Positions 26,054 to 39,400 of a stretch of 64,000 bases of DNA are shown here, one piece after another. Within the stretch, counting starts at the first letter, position 1; the number at the start of each line of letters is the position of its first letter. The position numbers and the translations under genes were made by a program. Source of the DNA: Tubiluchus corallicola (Eukaryota > Animalia > Priapulida); contig JAQGDQ010000245.1 of assembly GCA_030141605.1 (NCBI GenBank), positions 272,098 through 336,097 on the forward strand, written 5' to 3'. The notes beneath the pieces are model-generated. The model was not told the origin of the DNA and did not search any database. It saw only the letters and a list, made by a program, of their open reading frames with translations.

Positions 26054-29000
26054 TCAAGTATGTCTAGCAATTTCAAGTATGCTGCGAACTGTTTTCTCAT
26101 CAGCATATGAATGGAGGTAATCTGGTACAGATACAGAACCACTTAATTTTGTTCGGTGATTGCGAAACGTCATCGCAGAATCATGAGTTTTGCGGGCGGA
26201 ACAGTGGAATTCCCGAGCACTACTTCCTTCCAAGATTCGTTCAATGTTACGATCTGTGACTCCACCAGCTAAAAACAAAATTAACTTTCAAAAATTGCTG
26301 CTGAATTAACTTAAAGCTAATATTCCGTTTGTGTAATAACTAGCATCTTGCTGGTACAATAACTATGGAAATACTTTTATAAATAAAATTTTCAGTCAAA
26401 TATTTTATCGAATCGACTGTGATAAATATTAGTAGTGATGTCCATTATTCTTGTGCATTAGCGCTTTGCACTCAGCACTTGCACCGTGGAGATACCTGTA
26501 CCAGAAGACGCAATCTGTTTTGTAAATCCACTATAAATAAATAAAGTTTAAACTATAAAAAAGGCATTTTGCATATAACAGTTTTTTGAAACTCAATTAC
26601 CTTTGTTTCACTATACTCTCTGGAGCAAGTTTTGAACTTTTAACTATGTAGGTAGACTTTAAACTTCACCTGGAACAATAATGATCCTATCTTCAGCAAG
26701 AGCAACAAGTTCACATATAACAGGTAAACCATCAAGAGCAGAAATGTCCTGACCGCTGGTCAGCACTCGTTCAAATCCCAGCCGTATCAGAGTACTCAAG
26801 GAAGATTTATAGTCTGCTGTCATATCAAAAGCTGAAAAACCAATGAAGCAAAGTTTGAAACTAGTGTAGTGTATCAAAGCACAAGCATGATAGGCAAACA
26901 TTATAAAAAGAAGTGTGTACTTAGCCTAAGAAGAGCAAGCCATAACTCTGTATGCATTGCACAAAATATCTTACAAATTACAAGTATACTTGAGCAGTAT
27001 TAGTGGACTTTTACTGACCCCTACATTGATTTAAATTGTTTCTTCCAAATATGCTTTAGAACTTCTTTTTGTCATTTATTTGCTGAAACAGAAGCAACTT
27101 GAGACAAATTTATAACTTAATTTCTTTTTAAGATGTAATCAGATATGCTTACTTATAAAAAGCCCTTGTTAATTTGCCCTAATCAGGGCAAATGCACATC
27201 AATTACTAACCAATGTTTAAATAAATTCAATTCAATTCAAATTTTTATTTTGGTATTTAAGACCATATAAAATACAAATGCCAAACAGTTAATAAAATAC
27301 AATACAATACACTGCAATAAAAACACAAAATTATATACACAGGATTAGTAAATGCAAAAGCTAAAATAAATTTCAAGAAACTAATGATGTAATAATTCAT
27401 TCCATTTGAAAAGAAACCAAGAGTTGACAAAGATACATATGTGTTAGTAAAAGCAGTTATAATGTCATTGCCAGGGTGTTGTAATAACATCTTGTGAATG
27501 ATATAACATGATTTTCTGCGAAAGTGAATAAAGATCCACCAGTGTCAGTTTCATAATAATTATGTCAGCTTAAAAAACTTCCAGAAGCAGACTTCAAGGA
27601 ATTTAATATACCTACCTTTCCATGTTTAAAAATGAAGATTTGTTTAAATTCACGAAAGCAGTTAAGTAACAGTTAAAATAATTCTGCATTGCTAAATATG
27701 GACACTATTTGCATATACTACTTATTCACTTTAAAGAATGTACAAGCTTTCCAATGCATTTTTGAGCTAAGAAAACAAAAAATTCAAAGGCTCTACATCT
27801 TTTTGCAAAATGCTTGTTAAAAGAATCGAAAGCACAGTACAGCTTATTGGTAAAAGTGAAGCAAAAGTTGAAACACGAATAATTTGAAGTAGCTTTTTAA
27901 GTTACCTCGATGAAATGTCACTGGTAAAGGCCGTGCAAGACCTATAATAACAGAAAACAAAAGCCCATAAGTTGATGGGAACTACAAAGGTAAATCCAAA
28001 ACATTACAATTAGAGTAGTCCAATGTACTACAATAACAGAATACGGTTTGTAGTTTGTACCTAAAATGATAATGATTCTCTGTCTATAAAAAGTAAAACA
28101 AAAGCATGAAGATGAAGCATGTCAAACTTAACTCAGCTGTTGAGTGTTTTAAAACCTACTCACACCTCTTTATCCTGCCTATATTAAGGCTGCAAAAATT
28201 GTTGGTGTTAAGCGACTTTGGCATAACTAATAAGTTACATTAATACATGGAATTCTATGCAAATACAGACATTTTGTTTTGCCAGAAATTTGGGCATTAA
28301 GTGAGGTTGGCATTATAAAAGGGGTATTATAACAAAGTTTGGCTAGCTATTCCTAACAGCATACATCTGCAAATTAAATGATAAAAGTAAACGAAGTAAA
28401 AAATTAAAATATTAAATTTCACAGAAGATAATTTTGCAGGTTTGTAATTTCAATTAATGAACAAGATATAACTATAACACATTATTGTTCCATTCAACTT
28501 TAATATTACCATAACTATACACATTATTGTTTCATTCAACTTTAATCTTACCAATCATGTCTTTACACCGCTGTTCATCAACCTTGCCATCCCTAAAATT
28601 TGTACACATATTTAAATCGAATGACGTGTTGTGCATTACATACAATTCAAAATTATCAGTATAAAGCAATGAAGCCTTAATTTTTTACTATTTTTCATTG
28701 AAAAGCAAGATCACGTTTAATATGTTCTGCATTTATTAGGAAAAGATTAGTTCTCGGCTTAGCAGCAAAATTTGAATGTCAGCAGAAATTCATTGAAATG
28801 TTTGTTCAGTACAGGGACAGAGTTAGAGCAGATGTTTAGTGGATAGATAAAGTGTTGTCATAATTATGGACTCATCCAACCAATTAGTAACCAGAGCAAT
28901 TAAAGCTTAACTGTCAAGGAAATCGGCCCTGAGCTAAACCACGAGCACACACGCCACCCAAACTTTGCAAAAGCTGCAAGCACAGACTGTGCTAAAATAA

Positions 29001-31798
29001 TAATAGTGAATGACGTCTAAGTACTAGCTGTTAAGTCTCTATAAACCTACCGAGAAAGAATTCCAAATACAATTCCATCAGCCCTGTTCTCTTTGCAGCA
29101 TATAATATCAGCTTTCATTACTTCAAGCTCTAAATCTGTATAGAGAAAGTCTCCAGCTCGTGGTCTGATCATAGCAAACACGGGAATTTGTACTTTCTCT
29201 TTGACTTTGCGTAGTAAGCCTATAGATATAAATTATGAACTCAGCACATACAAAGTTGCATGCAAGTGACAAATTATAAAGCAAAGATAGGCCAGATAGA
29301 TACCATAAAATACACAGTCTCATAGTAAAATGTTGTTCAAAATCCACTTAAATAACAATATCAAGCTGTTTTGGTAATTTGGCAATAGCATTGGCAACTA
29401 ATGACTATTTCACTATCATGGTGAAACTCAATCTTACTGGTACATCTGAAAGTTTGCATCAGTAATTTTGCCTATTTACATAGTAACAGTTAAATATCAG
29501 TTAATAGGAAGGATACCTGTTAATAGCATTAGTGCTATTGATTTTGGCAGTAAATTTATAGCCATTTTAGTTTTAATTAGGCTCAATTGTTTTAGCAAGG
29601 TTTTAGTTCGAGAAAGACATCAAAGTATTTGATATGGTTGGGACACAAATTTCTGAATTCAACATAGTTGAACATAAATTTGTTCAGCAGTAAACTGTAT
29701 TATGTAGATATGCCATGTATTACCTTACAGCCATGTCTCCTTCAGTCAGTCAAGCAGTCCAATGACCAACTAACTAGCATGAACATCTGGCAACAATGTC
29801 TCACTCTCTAATAATTGCAATATTTGTCCACATATTCAACTTAACTGCTATTTATTAGTAAACCTGGTATTGCTTATTACTTATTAGATTTCACCAGCTA
29901 CCCTTCTTTAGGCAGCAGGTATTGAATTGATCATAATCAGGAATGGTGCACAAATAAGAATAAGCAGTTCTGCAAAATTAAGTGTTTCATAATTTTATGC
30001 ACAAAAATTTATCCAAAAAAAACAACAGTCACAATCCAACAAACCTCATGTACCACATTTAGTCTTGTTTTTTGATAAAATTCTTAAACTAGGTCTAGCG
30101 ATGCTTACCTACACTTGGTGTAAGACCGCCTTCCATCAAGCTGGAACAAAGTTCCAATCTGGTAGCACCTGAAAAATTTCATTGATTAATCAAGAATTAC
30201 TAATAGTGCATTCCATCATCTTAATGAAGGAAACAATAAAAGGTAAAAAGTGATTAAACACACCTATACCTGTTAAATTTTTGAAACCAATCTTGACCGA
30301 AATGAAACAAATATAAAAGAAAAAGACAAGATTGAGCATAGATTCAAATTAGGGATCAGCAAATTTAATGTAAAACAGAGTTCTGACACAGAAAATATGT
30401 AAGCATGTAAGCAGATAGCAACATTCCTTATATATATATATTGAGACAAATTGAGACAGGACAATGAAACAAGGCACGTTATAACATAACGGGCACAATG
30501 AAGTTGGAATGCTACTGGAAATCAAACTTGTCAAAAGTGCTAGCAGTTCAATCCTTTCTACAAAGAGCTACATGGCATGCTATATTTAGTATATTAGAAA
30601 AAATATTTGAAAATAGCATTAATTGTCTGCAATATTAATCATCATTTTGTAAATAATTTGTATACGGCTACAGTGAATTTTTGCCAGCTAAGTGTTTCAA
30701 CAAATTTCAGTTCACTACAAAAGCAAAACATTCAACCTTGTTAATATAATTTTCCAGATTTTGATGAGAGAATGACGATTAGAGTCCAACAACAATAATA
30801 AAGTTAAAATTTTGCAATGAAGATAACAGAATTATAGCAAATACTAGTTTAATTTAAATACAAAAAGTTCTCAGAAGCCTAAACCAGTCATTTATTTAGC
30901 CTATATGAACTTTCTTAATTTCAGAATTTGAAGCAAGGCGTAAAAAGTTATTGCAACAACAAAGTGTTACTTATATGACCAATATTGTTAGCAGAATTTT
31001 TGAAAGGTATTAAAAAGCAGAATAACTGATATATTTGAAGAAAAACTAGACAAATTTCAGTGTAGAGCGAAATTTAAGCGCACCTAATCATCTTCTCACA
31101 ATATCATCATTCTTAAACTATAAGTATGCAAATTAAACAAATTAAAACTTCTCGTGTGTGGTGAAAGACTTTTTAGAAGTATATTATTCAAAACTTCGAG
31201 TTTTATATGGTATTCTTTGATATAGAAAAATGTTTTCGGGTGACAATCTTCATAAAACGGTTGGCAGGTCTGTTACTTTCAAGTTGCATTTCGTTTTGAA
31301 TGTGTTGTAATTTGGGTTCAAGTGTTTCTCACAGTAAAGAATCTGCTTTTTCTTCAAGGAAATTTCTAAACACCTCCATAATTAATATCTTCCACAACAG
31401 GCTCCCATGCACTGTCTAACTTACTTTCAATAGTATTCAGATTTTTTCAAGTCATGCATTATAGATGGGTTTGTTTCCAATAATGCATTATTCGCTTCTT
31501 CCTCTAATGATGTAAGCCTATTTTGACTAAAGTTGCTCACATTGAATGGGGCCATCTGCTCATTTCTGTGGTATGAAGCTAGAGGAATCACCACCAAATG
31601 TACATTTATGTTGTTACATCAAGTTTAACTTTATTTATTTGTATCATTTACAAGCTCTAGCCCAGTTAAAGCAGATGTAAGATAACGTTTGGTTATAATT
31701 TCCAATAACACCAAGGCAAGCAGCCGAATTAGCCTACCTCCCTTTTCAGCATTTAGTGCTGATTCGAGTGAATCGACGCAGACTTCCATATCAACCAT
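26054..31798 (-). CDS. CUTC: Copper homeostasis protein CutC homolog, complete
   Basis: Exons 31798-31738 (MVDMEVCVDSLESA), 30168-30109 (RLELCSSLMEGGLTPS), 29219-29051 (MIRPRAGDFLY..ADGIVFG), 28592-28552, 27941-27906 (PVTFHRA), 26831-26670 (FD..ERVLTSG), 26268-26054 (GGVT..EFHCSA, TGA). Phases are consistent and both conserved Cys are retained. Confidence 0.96.
27225..27760 (-). mobile_element. Degenerate LINE 3' end in CUTC intron 5
   Basis: The minus strand ends in AATAAA followed by a (TTGAA)n tail. Upstream sequence looks like decayed coding DNA. Confidence 0.4.
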
Positions 31799-31799
31799 T

Positions 31800-32010
31800 T
31801 TGTTTCGTATTTGGCGAATCGAACAATTTATCTACAAACAATATTGAATTGCTAAAAAGTAATTACGGAACCGTTATTAAAGATTTTAGGAAACACCTGA
31901 CGCCGCGTGAGGTAGCGTATTAGATAAGAAATAGCAGAAATCTTTCAATAAAGCACCGTGTTTTGTAAATGTGGGAAGCTTTGGCGACCGTGACGTGACC
32001 CTACTGGACA
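31800..32010 (-). promoter_or_regulatory. Probable CUTC promoter
   Basis: CpG-enriched patch just upstream of the CUTC ATG, with TGACG (CRE-like) half sites near 31898 and 31991. Confidence 0.45.
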
Positions 32011-34401
32011 CAGAACATTTTCAAGTTGTATTTCAAATTCTATGAAATGTTAGCAAAGCCACATGTGTGAGGAACTCAACGAACTCATGCATTAGTACTT
32101 CTTAAGATAGCAACAGAAGCAGACTCAGGTGATGTGGTCCATTATGTGGATTTGCTAGCAAAATGGAAAATCTGTGCTGTCTTTTTAAGCAAAATTGGAC
32201 TGGACTTGCTACAAGTTCGCTCGTAAAATATTTTACGACATTCAGATGATTTAAAACAATATTGATCCGAAGATTATTGTTATTGCCAGTGAACAGATTT
32301 TGGCACATAATAAAACAAGCATCCAATAGTCAACGACAAGACCTGTCACTAATGTTGTGACAGGATTATGATCTTGCCAACGATTTACAATAATCTCCTA
32401 ACATGGGATAATTACTGGACCACTGACAAAGGTTTTTTAGTTATGTTCGAATTCGTATACATGTATACCATGGCCAGAGCAGTATGGCAGACAGCTGTCT
32501 CTCTTGTCCAGCACATATTAGGATATTATCTTTATTTGGTGCTGATTAAATAAGTGATTTGATTTTACAGTTATCTAAAATTTTGCAGAGGTTAATCACA
32601 ATTCAGCACGTATCAGTGTATTGTCTGAATCTTAATGATCCTTGCTCAGCAGGAACACCAACGCAGCATTTTCCCGTCATTGTGACGAACATGCAGTGTT
32701 CAATTTTGGTCATGTGTCATATCCATGGTGCATATCATCTGGATATCACATTGGCAGCTATAAAGTCTTTAATCGAGATCATGTACGGTCATGGATAGAT
32801 GTGCGGTCATTCATTTTCATCAAACATTATAATATAAATCAACTCCTGTGTAATATGAAGTTAAAACCAATAAAATCATTGACAAAAATTTGTAAAATGA
32901 TAAAAATAATGATAACGATAAATGATATAAGTTTTTTGCACAATCGCTTGCATTTTTATTCCTTGCCGGGTTCTTTTATCAGAATTAATTAATTACTCCT
33001 TTTTGACTTCTTTTTACCTGTAGAATTGGTTTCTGGCGAACTTTGTCCTAAGTGACTAAGTCGCATGCTGGACATAGTGTAGTCATCGGTTGTTCAGTGC
33101 TTTAGCGATTGGGTTACTTATTGTGTAAACACTGTTGTTTCTGTAGTCATCATGTTGCCGTGTAAACGCCGCCCAGTTAGTTTGGTGCCGTAAACGCAAC
33201 TGTTAGCAAGCTGTTGCTGTGTGTCTTATAAGCACTTACTTCGTTAGCTTTTCTGGTTATTTACACGCCCAATTGAAGACCACGCCGCTCATCATGTCTG
33301 ATCCTGATTTTCGTACTCCTGAAGGGATATCCTTGGTTCATTCTGAGTCTCCTAGAGCCTCAGTTCACAAATGACTGAAGTTCAAAAGACTGCGAAGTCA
33401 TGGTTGTTGCAATTCGCGAAGTATAAAAACTTTAATGCTATTAACTATATAAAAAAGAAAAACCTGATTGTAGCTCTTGCCGTGATTGACCATTGGGTAT
33501 TTGAGACGTTAATTAATTCATTATTTTGTCCAAATTTTATTTGGCAGCATAAACCATTAAAAAGAAACATATTTATAACATCAAGCACAATATACAGGCA
33601 ATGACGTTGTTTTGCAGGCAAGACAAGACACCTGCGTAATCTCTGCGTAAATCTGCGTAAAAATGAATGTCTAAATTCAAGCTAAATGATTGTTCCTCAA
33701 ATGTCTGCTGTATCTAACCGAATAAAAAAATATCGCGTAGAAAAAAATCACTTTATCTTAACATACATTTGTTTTCACTTAATTTTCTTTGGATGGACAT
33801 TATTGGCTCGCTGGTAAAAATTAAGCGCAACCTGCTCTTTACAGTATTTTTGTTTTTGCCACATTTTAACAAATTTGCCCATACATGACAATCGTTCACC
33901 TGTTCAATATAATACTTTTCACATGCATGTGGATGATGTGATGATGCTTATTACATGAAACAGTTCTGCTTTTCAAAATAAATGTAAAACAATTACGGAC
34001 TTGTTGCATTTTTTACTATATTGGATACTCCCGCAATGGTATCCTTCTAACGAGGCAGAAGCAAGAAGGCTATTAGTTCTGTATACATCATTTTTCTTTG
34101 TACCTTTATCAAGACAAAAAGCAGAGCAAACAGTAAAGTTATTGAGGATAGTAATTACTGCCGCACTAATAGGCGTAACTTCTAAAAATGGGATTATCAA
34201 ATTATTATCTCTTTTCCCAATGTATGCATGATTCTTCATTGATGATCTTAGATGTGTTGTTCACGGCTTTAATGCATTTGAAAATATAATATTAATATCT
34301 ATAGTGTGTATTAGCACTATACTATACACGGTGCTATTCTATAATTGCATAACACTGCATTGAAGCCACGTCGATTACTAGTGTGAGGTTTACTGGTGCT
34401 T

Positions 34402-36403
34402 TCAGGCGAAAACCGTTTTGATGCCGACGAACCAGAACAATCTGAAGTTTTTGACAATCGTCGCACTGAAATAATAAAAAAATGCTCTTAGAAATTCCAG
34501 TTATTTGACGGTAACGTTCTTGGTATTACGATGTTGGCAGGTATTGTATCAAATGATGAAAGCTGGTTGTTATTCGTCGTCTATTAAACAGTTTAACAGG
34601 GTTTAAATGAAGTTTATTCATCTTAGTATACTATTACCACAAAAATAATTTCGCTTATCCTCTCGTTTCTCCGCCATGATGATTTTTTTTGTCATGCAAG
34701 CGTTCCATTTAAATTCATTTTACTGGAAAACAAAGACTTACTAAAATATTGTCGGTTCTTTGTAATTCTGGTATGGTGGTATCCAGTCTACTATGACTTC
34801 TGTTCTATGGCCTGCAGTATGGGAGACGTAATATCCACCAGTGGGACAGGCGATTACTCTAGCGAGTTGGTCGTCACCGTGTGACCAATTGCCAACTCTA
34901 ACCGTAGCAGTTTCATCCCTAGCTTGAAGCATGAAACCTTCAAAATCGGCGCCAAAAAGCTTTACTAGAAGACAAAAAACACTTAATTATATCAGGATTA
35001 CTACCAATGATGCCGCAATTCTGCAACTAACTGAATTTTGAAGCCAAACTTGAAAACCCGAAACATGCTCCACGCTGTGTTCCTACTTTATTTTTCACAT
35101 TTCTTATTTTTCAAGTTTGGTTTCAAAATTTAGTTAATTGCAGATTTGTAGCATCATTAATAATAACACGATCTTAAGATTAATTAACATTATTAGTTGA
35201 ATTTCACAGGTCGAAATTAACCAAAATTAAATTATCTAATTAGCTTGAATCGCTCTAGCATGAGCGATCTTTGAAATACTGCTCGGACTAGCCAAATAGA
35301 TGGTTGAACTTTGGCTTGTGATTCCTGAGGAACAAATAGCTAAAGGGTCATGGCGTTTGCCGGATTAGCAGAATGCTTCTGGTTCAGTTCTAGTCTGTGT
35401 TCCACTTTTTCATATGTCCTGTTCCTCAAGTTTGGTTTTAAAATTAAATTAACTGTAGGTTTGTGCCATCCAAAAACATTTTATTGAACACGCATCCCCT
35501 GCCCGGTGCACTAAAAATGTCACGTATTCAGTGCAAAAAGGCGTTAAATCTTCTTGCTTAGCGATTCCCTGCCTTTACCACCATAGTCAGTCGTGGAAGC
35601 CGTTGCCCAGTTAATATAAACTAGTCCGGACTGCGAAGAATCGGTTACTTCTTTATTCTTTTGCTCAATTGCCTGGATGTATCATTTATAACGCCACTCA
35701 CCGTTGTCACTGAATACGTTTTTCGTGAAAAAATTTAGAATGCGAAGAAAACCTATTGCGACGTAACAATATAAAAATTGTTACATGATGACGAGAACGA
35801 AAACTACACTGGTATCACAGCGAAATAGGCATCTTTATAGAGTTATTTCGCAAGCGAGTAACCCAATAATAGTAAACTGTTGAATTCATAGTAAAGTAAT
35901 TTATTTTTCCATTTCATTATGTACCATCCAATTAAGTTCCATAAATTTAACTCTCTCACAAAATTATCCATTCGAGTGGTTATTTACAATTGTCTAAGAT
36001 TTTAAATGGACTAGCTTTACCTGATTTGTGAATGAACTTTCTTGTAAAGTTTTCAGGTAAAATTCATTAGCAGCATGTAAATAACAATGTTGCTAGATGT
36101 TGTGGAGTGGGTTAATGTTATGAACAAGTAAAGGCTATTTATATAAATTTGTAAATTATAGTGCTTCACATTGAGTTTTAATATCAGCATTTTACCTTTT
36201 AAATTGTCCCCAATACCACGTTCAACACTCACAGAAATTGGTGACTGTTGTGTCCTGAATGGAATCCGTACGTTGTTCCCACTTTGCCTGTGGTTCGGTG
36301 TCATATCTTTGCAAGCTGACATTGGTGCAATATTTTTGTACCCAAAAGCAAAACTTGCCATTACAAAAAATATAACTAGAGCGTTCTTATTGTAACACGC
36401 CAT
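34402..36403 (-). CDS. Secreted stand-alone reeler-domain protein (putative defense protein-like), about 165 aa
   Basis: Exons 36403-36196 (signal peptide ..ALVIFFVMASFAFG, then ACKDMTPNH), 34964-34742 (FEGFMLQAR..VGNW..C..VSHT..VDWIPP) and 34465-34402 (YATIVKNFRLFW, TGA). Phases match. In-frame upstream ATGs exist at 36421 and 36430. Confidence 0.85.
34998..35166. repeat. Imperfect palindrome (MITE-like) in reeler intron 1, with a partial second copy at about 35395-35470
   Basis: TCTGCAACTAACTGAATTTTGAAGCCAAACTTGAAAA pairs with TTTTCAAGTTTGGTTTCAAAATTTAGTTAATTGCAGA. Confidence 0.8.
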
Positions 36404-39400
36404 CGTTAGTTTTTGGCACATTATTTGCATCTGCAACTGCAAGAAATTTCTAAAAATTTCGCAATGTACACTGAAGGGATTACAGTCTAAATACAGGCAG
36501 GGCCGACATGAGGCCTTGAAAGCCAATCATTTATATAAAATTTAAAATCTACACGACGCGAAAAGATTATTCATTTTCCCGAAAGATTATTAAATCTTTT
36601 GTAAGCTTTTCATCAACATTGCGTATAATGAAAGACTGAAACAGGTTTTTCAATGGCGGATCTAAGTGTGCTTACTAGGTGTTTGAATTTAAGTTTGAAC
36701 AGTTTAACAATGCGTTTGTGTTTGTACTGCACCTATATTGGGTTGCCTTGCATTTATCTTGATTTAGCTGACAATCTTCTAATAGCGCGATGGTGTCAAA
36801 CATGTATGCCTGTTTTCCAGGTCTCACTTGCCATTTGAAGTTTAGCTGTTAACAATTTTAATATCAAATCTGTCTACCAACTCGCGAAACCATTAGTTAA
36901 TTCGATTTTAAATCAGATAGCTTTATTTGCTCACGTGCAGCTTAAATTTTATAAACGAGCATAGGGCTCAGTATTTTGAACTCAAGGAATAGTAGTTATA
37001 GGTACTATAGAGCGACTGGTACTATTTTAGTATTCAGCGATTGCAACGTGTATAGAGATTTGTTAACATAATATTTTATAACTATAAACCAAAATGACCT
37101 TGACTTAAAAAATAAAATGTTAATGAAATAAAACGAATTGATAATGCAGTAAATGGTGAAACAAGTCTTTCCTCTACACATTGTCGTGTGCATTAATATT
37201 GTAGCATTAATGTGTATCATAAGTCTTGACGTAGCCATACTGTGTTAAGAACTTTAAAAAATTGCCATATAGTGGTAGAATTTTAAGCAAACTAATTTTC
37301 TTTCTTTTTCATTGGCATACTTTTCTTGATAGTAATACGTAGCGTTGAACATTTCGAGGTGCAGATAAAAAGCCGATAGCTTTTGTTTTCTTCAAGACGA
37401 TAATACAAATTAGTTCATTGAGTCAAGTTCAGCCTGCTCAGTTTACGAAAGTCCAAGCTTTCATATGTTCTACTTCTGAAATGGCCAAGGTCGTGACTAT
37501 GGAATTTGCACTGCTGTAGATAATTAAGAAAAGCACTAGCGAACAGAATTGAAAAGGCTCACAAACTATATTGTTTCGATGAGAATTTGCAGGTATGACA
37601 TATATTGTAAACCGCAGAGTAAATTAATAACATAAGAATATTTTTTATCATATTATCTGTTGCGCTTTGTAAAAAGAAATCTAGTAAACGCGAAAACGCA
37701 GTTAACAAAAGCATGCGATGTGCAATATTTGCTGCTGCTAACGATTAGTTGCAAAACTGGATGCCAGGATATTTCCACTAACTTTGTGCAACTATTTACT
37801 CTTCCAAGGAGAAAACTTGTTAACAGCTTGAATTGATTTTAAAGCTAGTTGCCTATGAGCATTATATATGTGTGTACGTAATGCGAACGGGGTAAGTACC
37901 CGTATCTATTTAACTTTCCACTTAACAGAGGTATAACTGTGTTCCCATACACATATAGAGGACCAGGAAATTTACCCAGGAGCCGTGGACGCCATCCCTA
38001 GTGTAATTACGCCCCAGCTCATGGCTTCTCTCGTTTACAAGGCTTTCGTGGTGGTATCGGGCAACGTTTGGCAAGTGTGAACCGTGAAACACTGTAGTGT
38101 TTGTTGTGTATATAGCGTGCTGGCTTCCCATAATGAAACTTGTGGACTAGAAAAACAAGTGTATTGTCTGCGGAAGCCAGTTTATTTATTAATGATGAAC
38201 CATTGCTTCGGTTGAAGTATAATGCGGTTTGTACAGAATACGCACGTTTATTTCGACGGTGTACACGATATGGTGTAAAAACATGTGTGGAATATCGTTC
38301 CTTTTAGATTATTCTAGTGTACCACGTGATCTCCATCATGCAGAAGATGCTGTTTATTAACGACATCTGCTGTAGTGAAGGGTAAGTAGTCCGAATCTAA
38401 AATGCTATGTCTGCATTGTATCACTAAAATGATGAATACGGCTTCAATTGTGTTTCTAAATGTTAAGTCGACGTTGATTTACAGTGATTAAAATTTTCCT
38501 TTTGCTGAAATCGGTATTTCCAACTTTTTTTAAGGGTTTCAACCAATCTCAGTTCAACGTACCACACCAGTCATTTATACTACAAGGTGTTAAAGTGAGA
38601 ACTTGTCACTTTTTCCCAATTTCGGTTTTTGCCACCTAGTGAGGTCAGGTCAGTCGATTCGGTCACAACTCATATCATTCAATTCGGCTTATAGAAATTC
38701 TCATTTGACACATTACAAGCCACTGTTACTCGACATTCGAAACATTGGTGTCTCCAGTTTCCCAGAAAATTTCTCAAGCGCACGTTGTCTACAATAATCC
38801 ATTTATTAGAACATGAGGCCACCTAGCCACCTGCCCACGAAAGTAGACAGAAAGACTACGCTGTGATGGCTGTTGGCATCGGCCCTTGAAAAACACGACG
38901 AAAAATAGCAGCATACAAGAGCAGTTGCGATGATTGATCATGTTGTGATGATTTTGTAATGAGCACTGCGACACTAACCCAAACCGCTCCATGCCGCTAT
39001 TCTTGCGTGATTTACTTGAAGCACTTGATGAAGCCCTGCGCTAAAATAATTCAAATTGTTATAATCTTTAAAGAGAATCAAAAGAGAAGCCGCACAGTAA
39101 TAGATAATGGTGAAGGACTGCTGAATGTATATAGCAAGAGTGTCGCTTAAGGGAAAACATAGGTATCTTATAAGCCTCTGATAACAGAGTTTTAAATAAG
39201 CAATGGCTAATTCAGGCTGAATTTTTTAATTAATGCTTATTCAACACGTAACCCTGCATTTTTGTAGATGCCTATATCTTATTCAAGATAAATGCATTTT
39301 TCCAGCATTCAGAGGGAAATAAATAAAAACATAATACTTATTACTGATAGACTACAATTTAAAGAAGGGTTAGTTAGTATACACTTTGCGCACAAACAAG

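Noticed and set aside
29509-29516. Perfect U12-type donor GTATCCTT on the minus strand in CUTC intron 2
   Set aside because: No exon is needed there, exons 2 and 3 join in phase through a normal GT-AG intron, and no U12 branch site precedes the next acceptor.
31055-31112. C/D snoRNA candidate (minus-strand ATGATGA..CTGA) in CUTC intron 1
   Set aside because: Only about 54 nt between boxes, with a weak terminal stem and no recognisable guide.
8015-31798. CUTC-GT7-HMCES as an operon
   Set aside because: Same strand, but separated by 3-5 kb of transposon-rich DNA with separate promoter-like patches. Only the HMCES/GT7 promoter question was kept.
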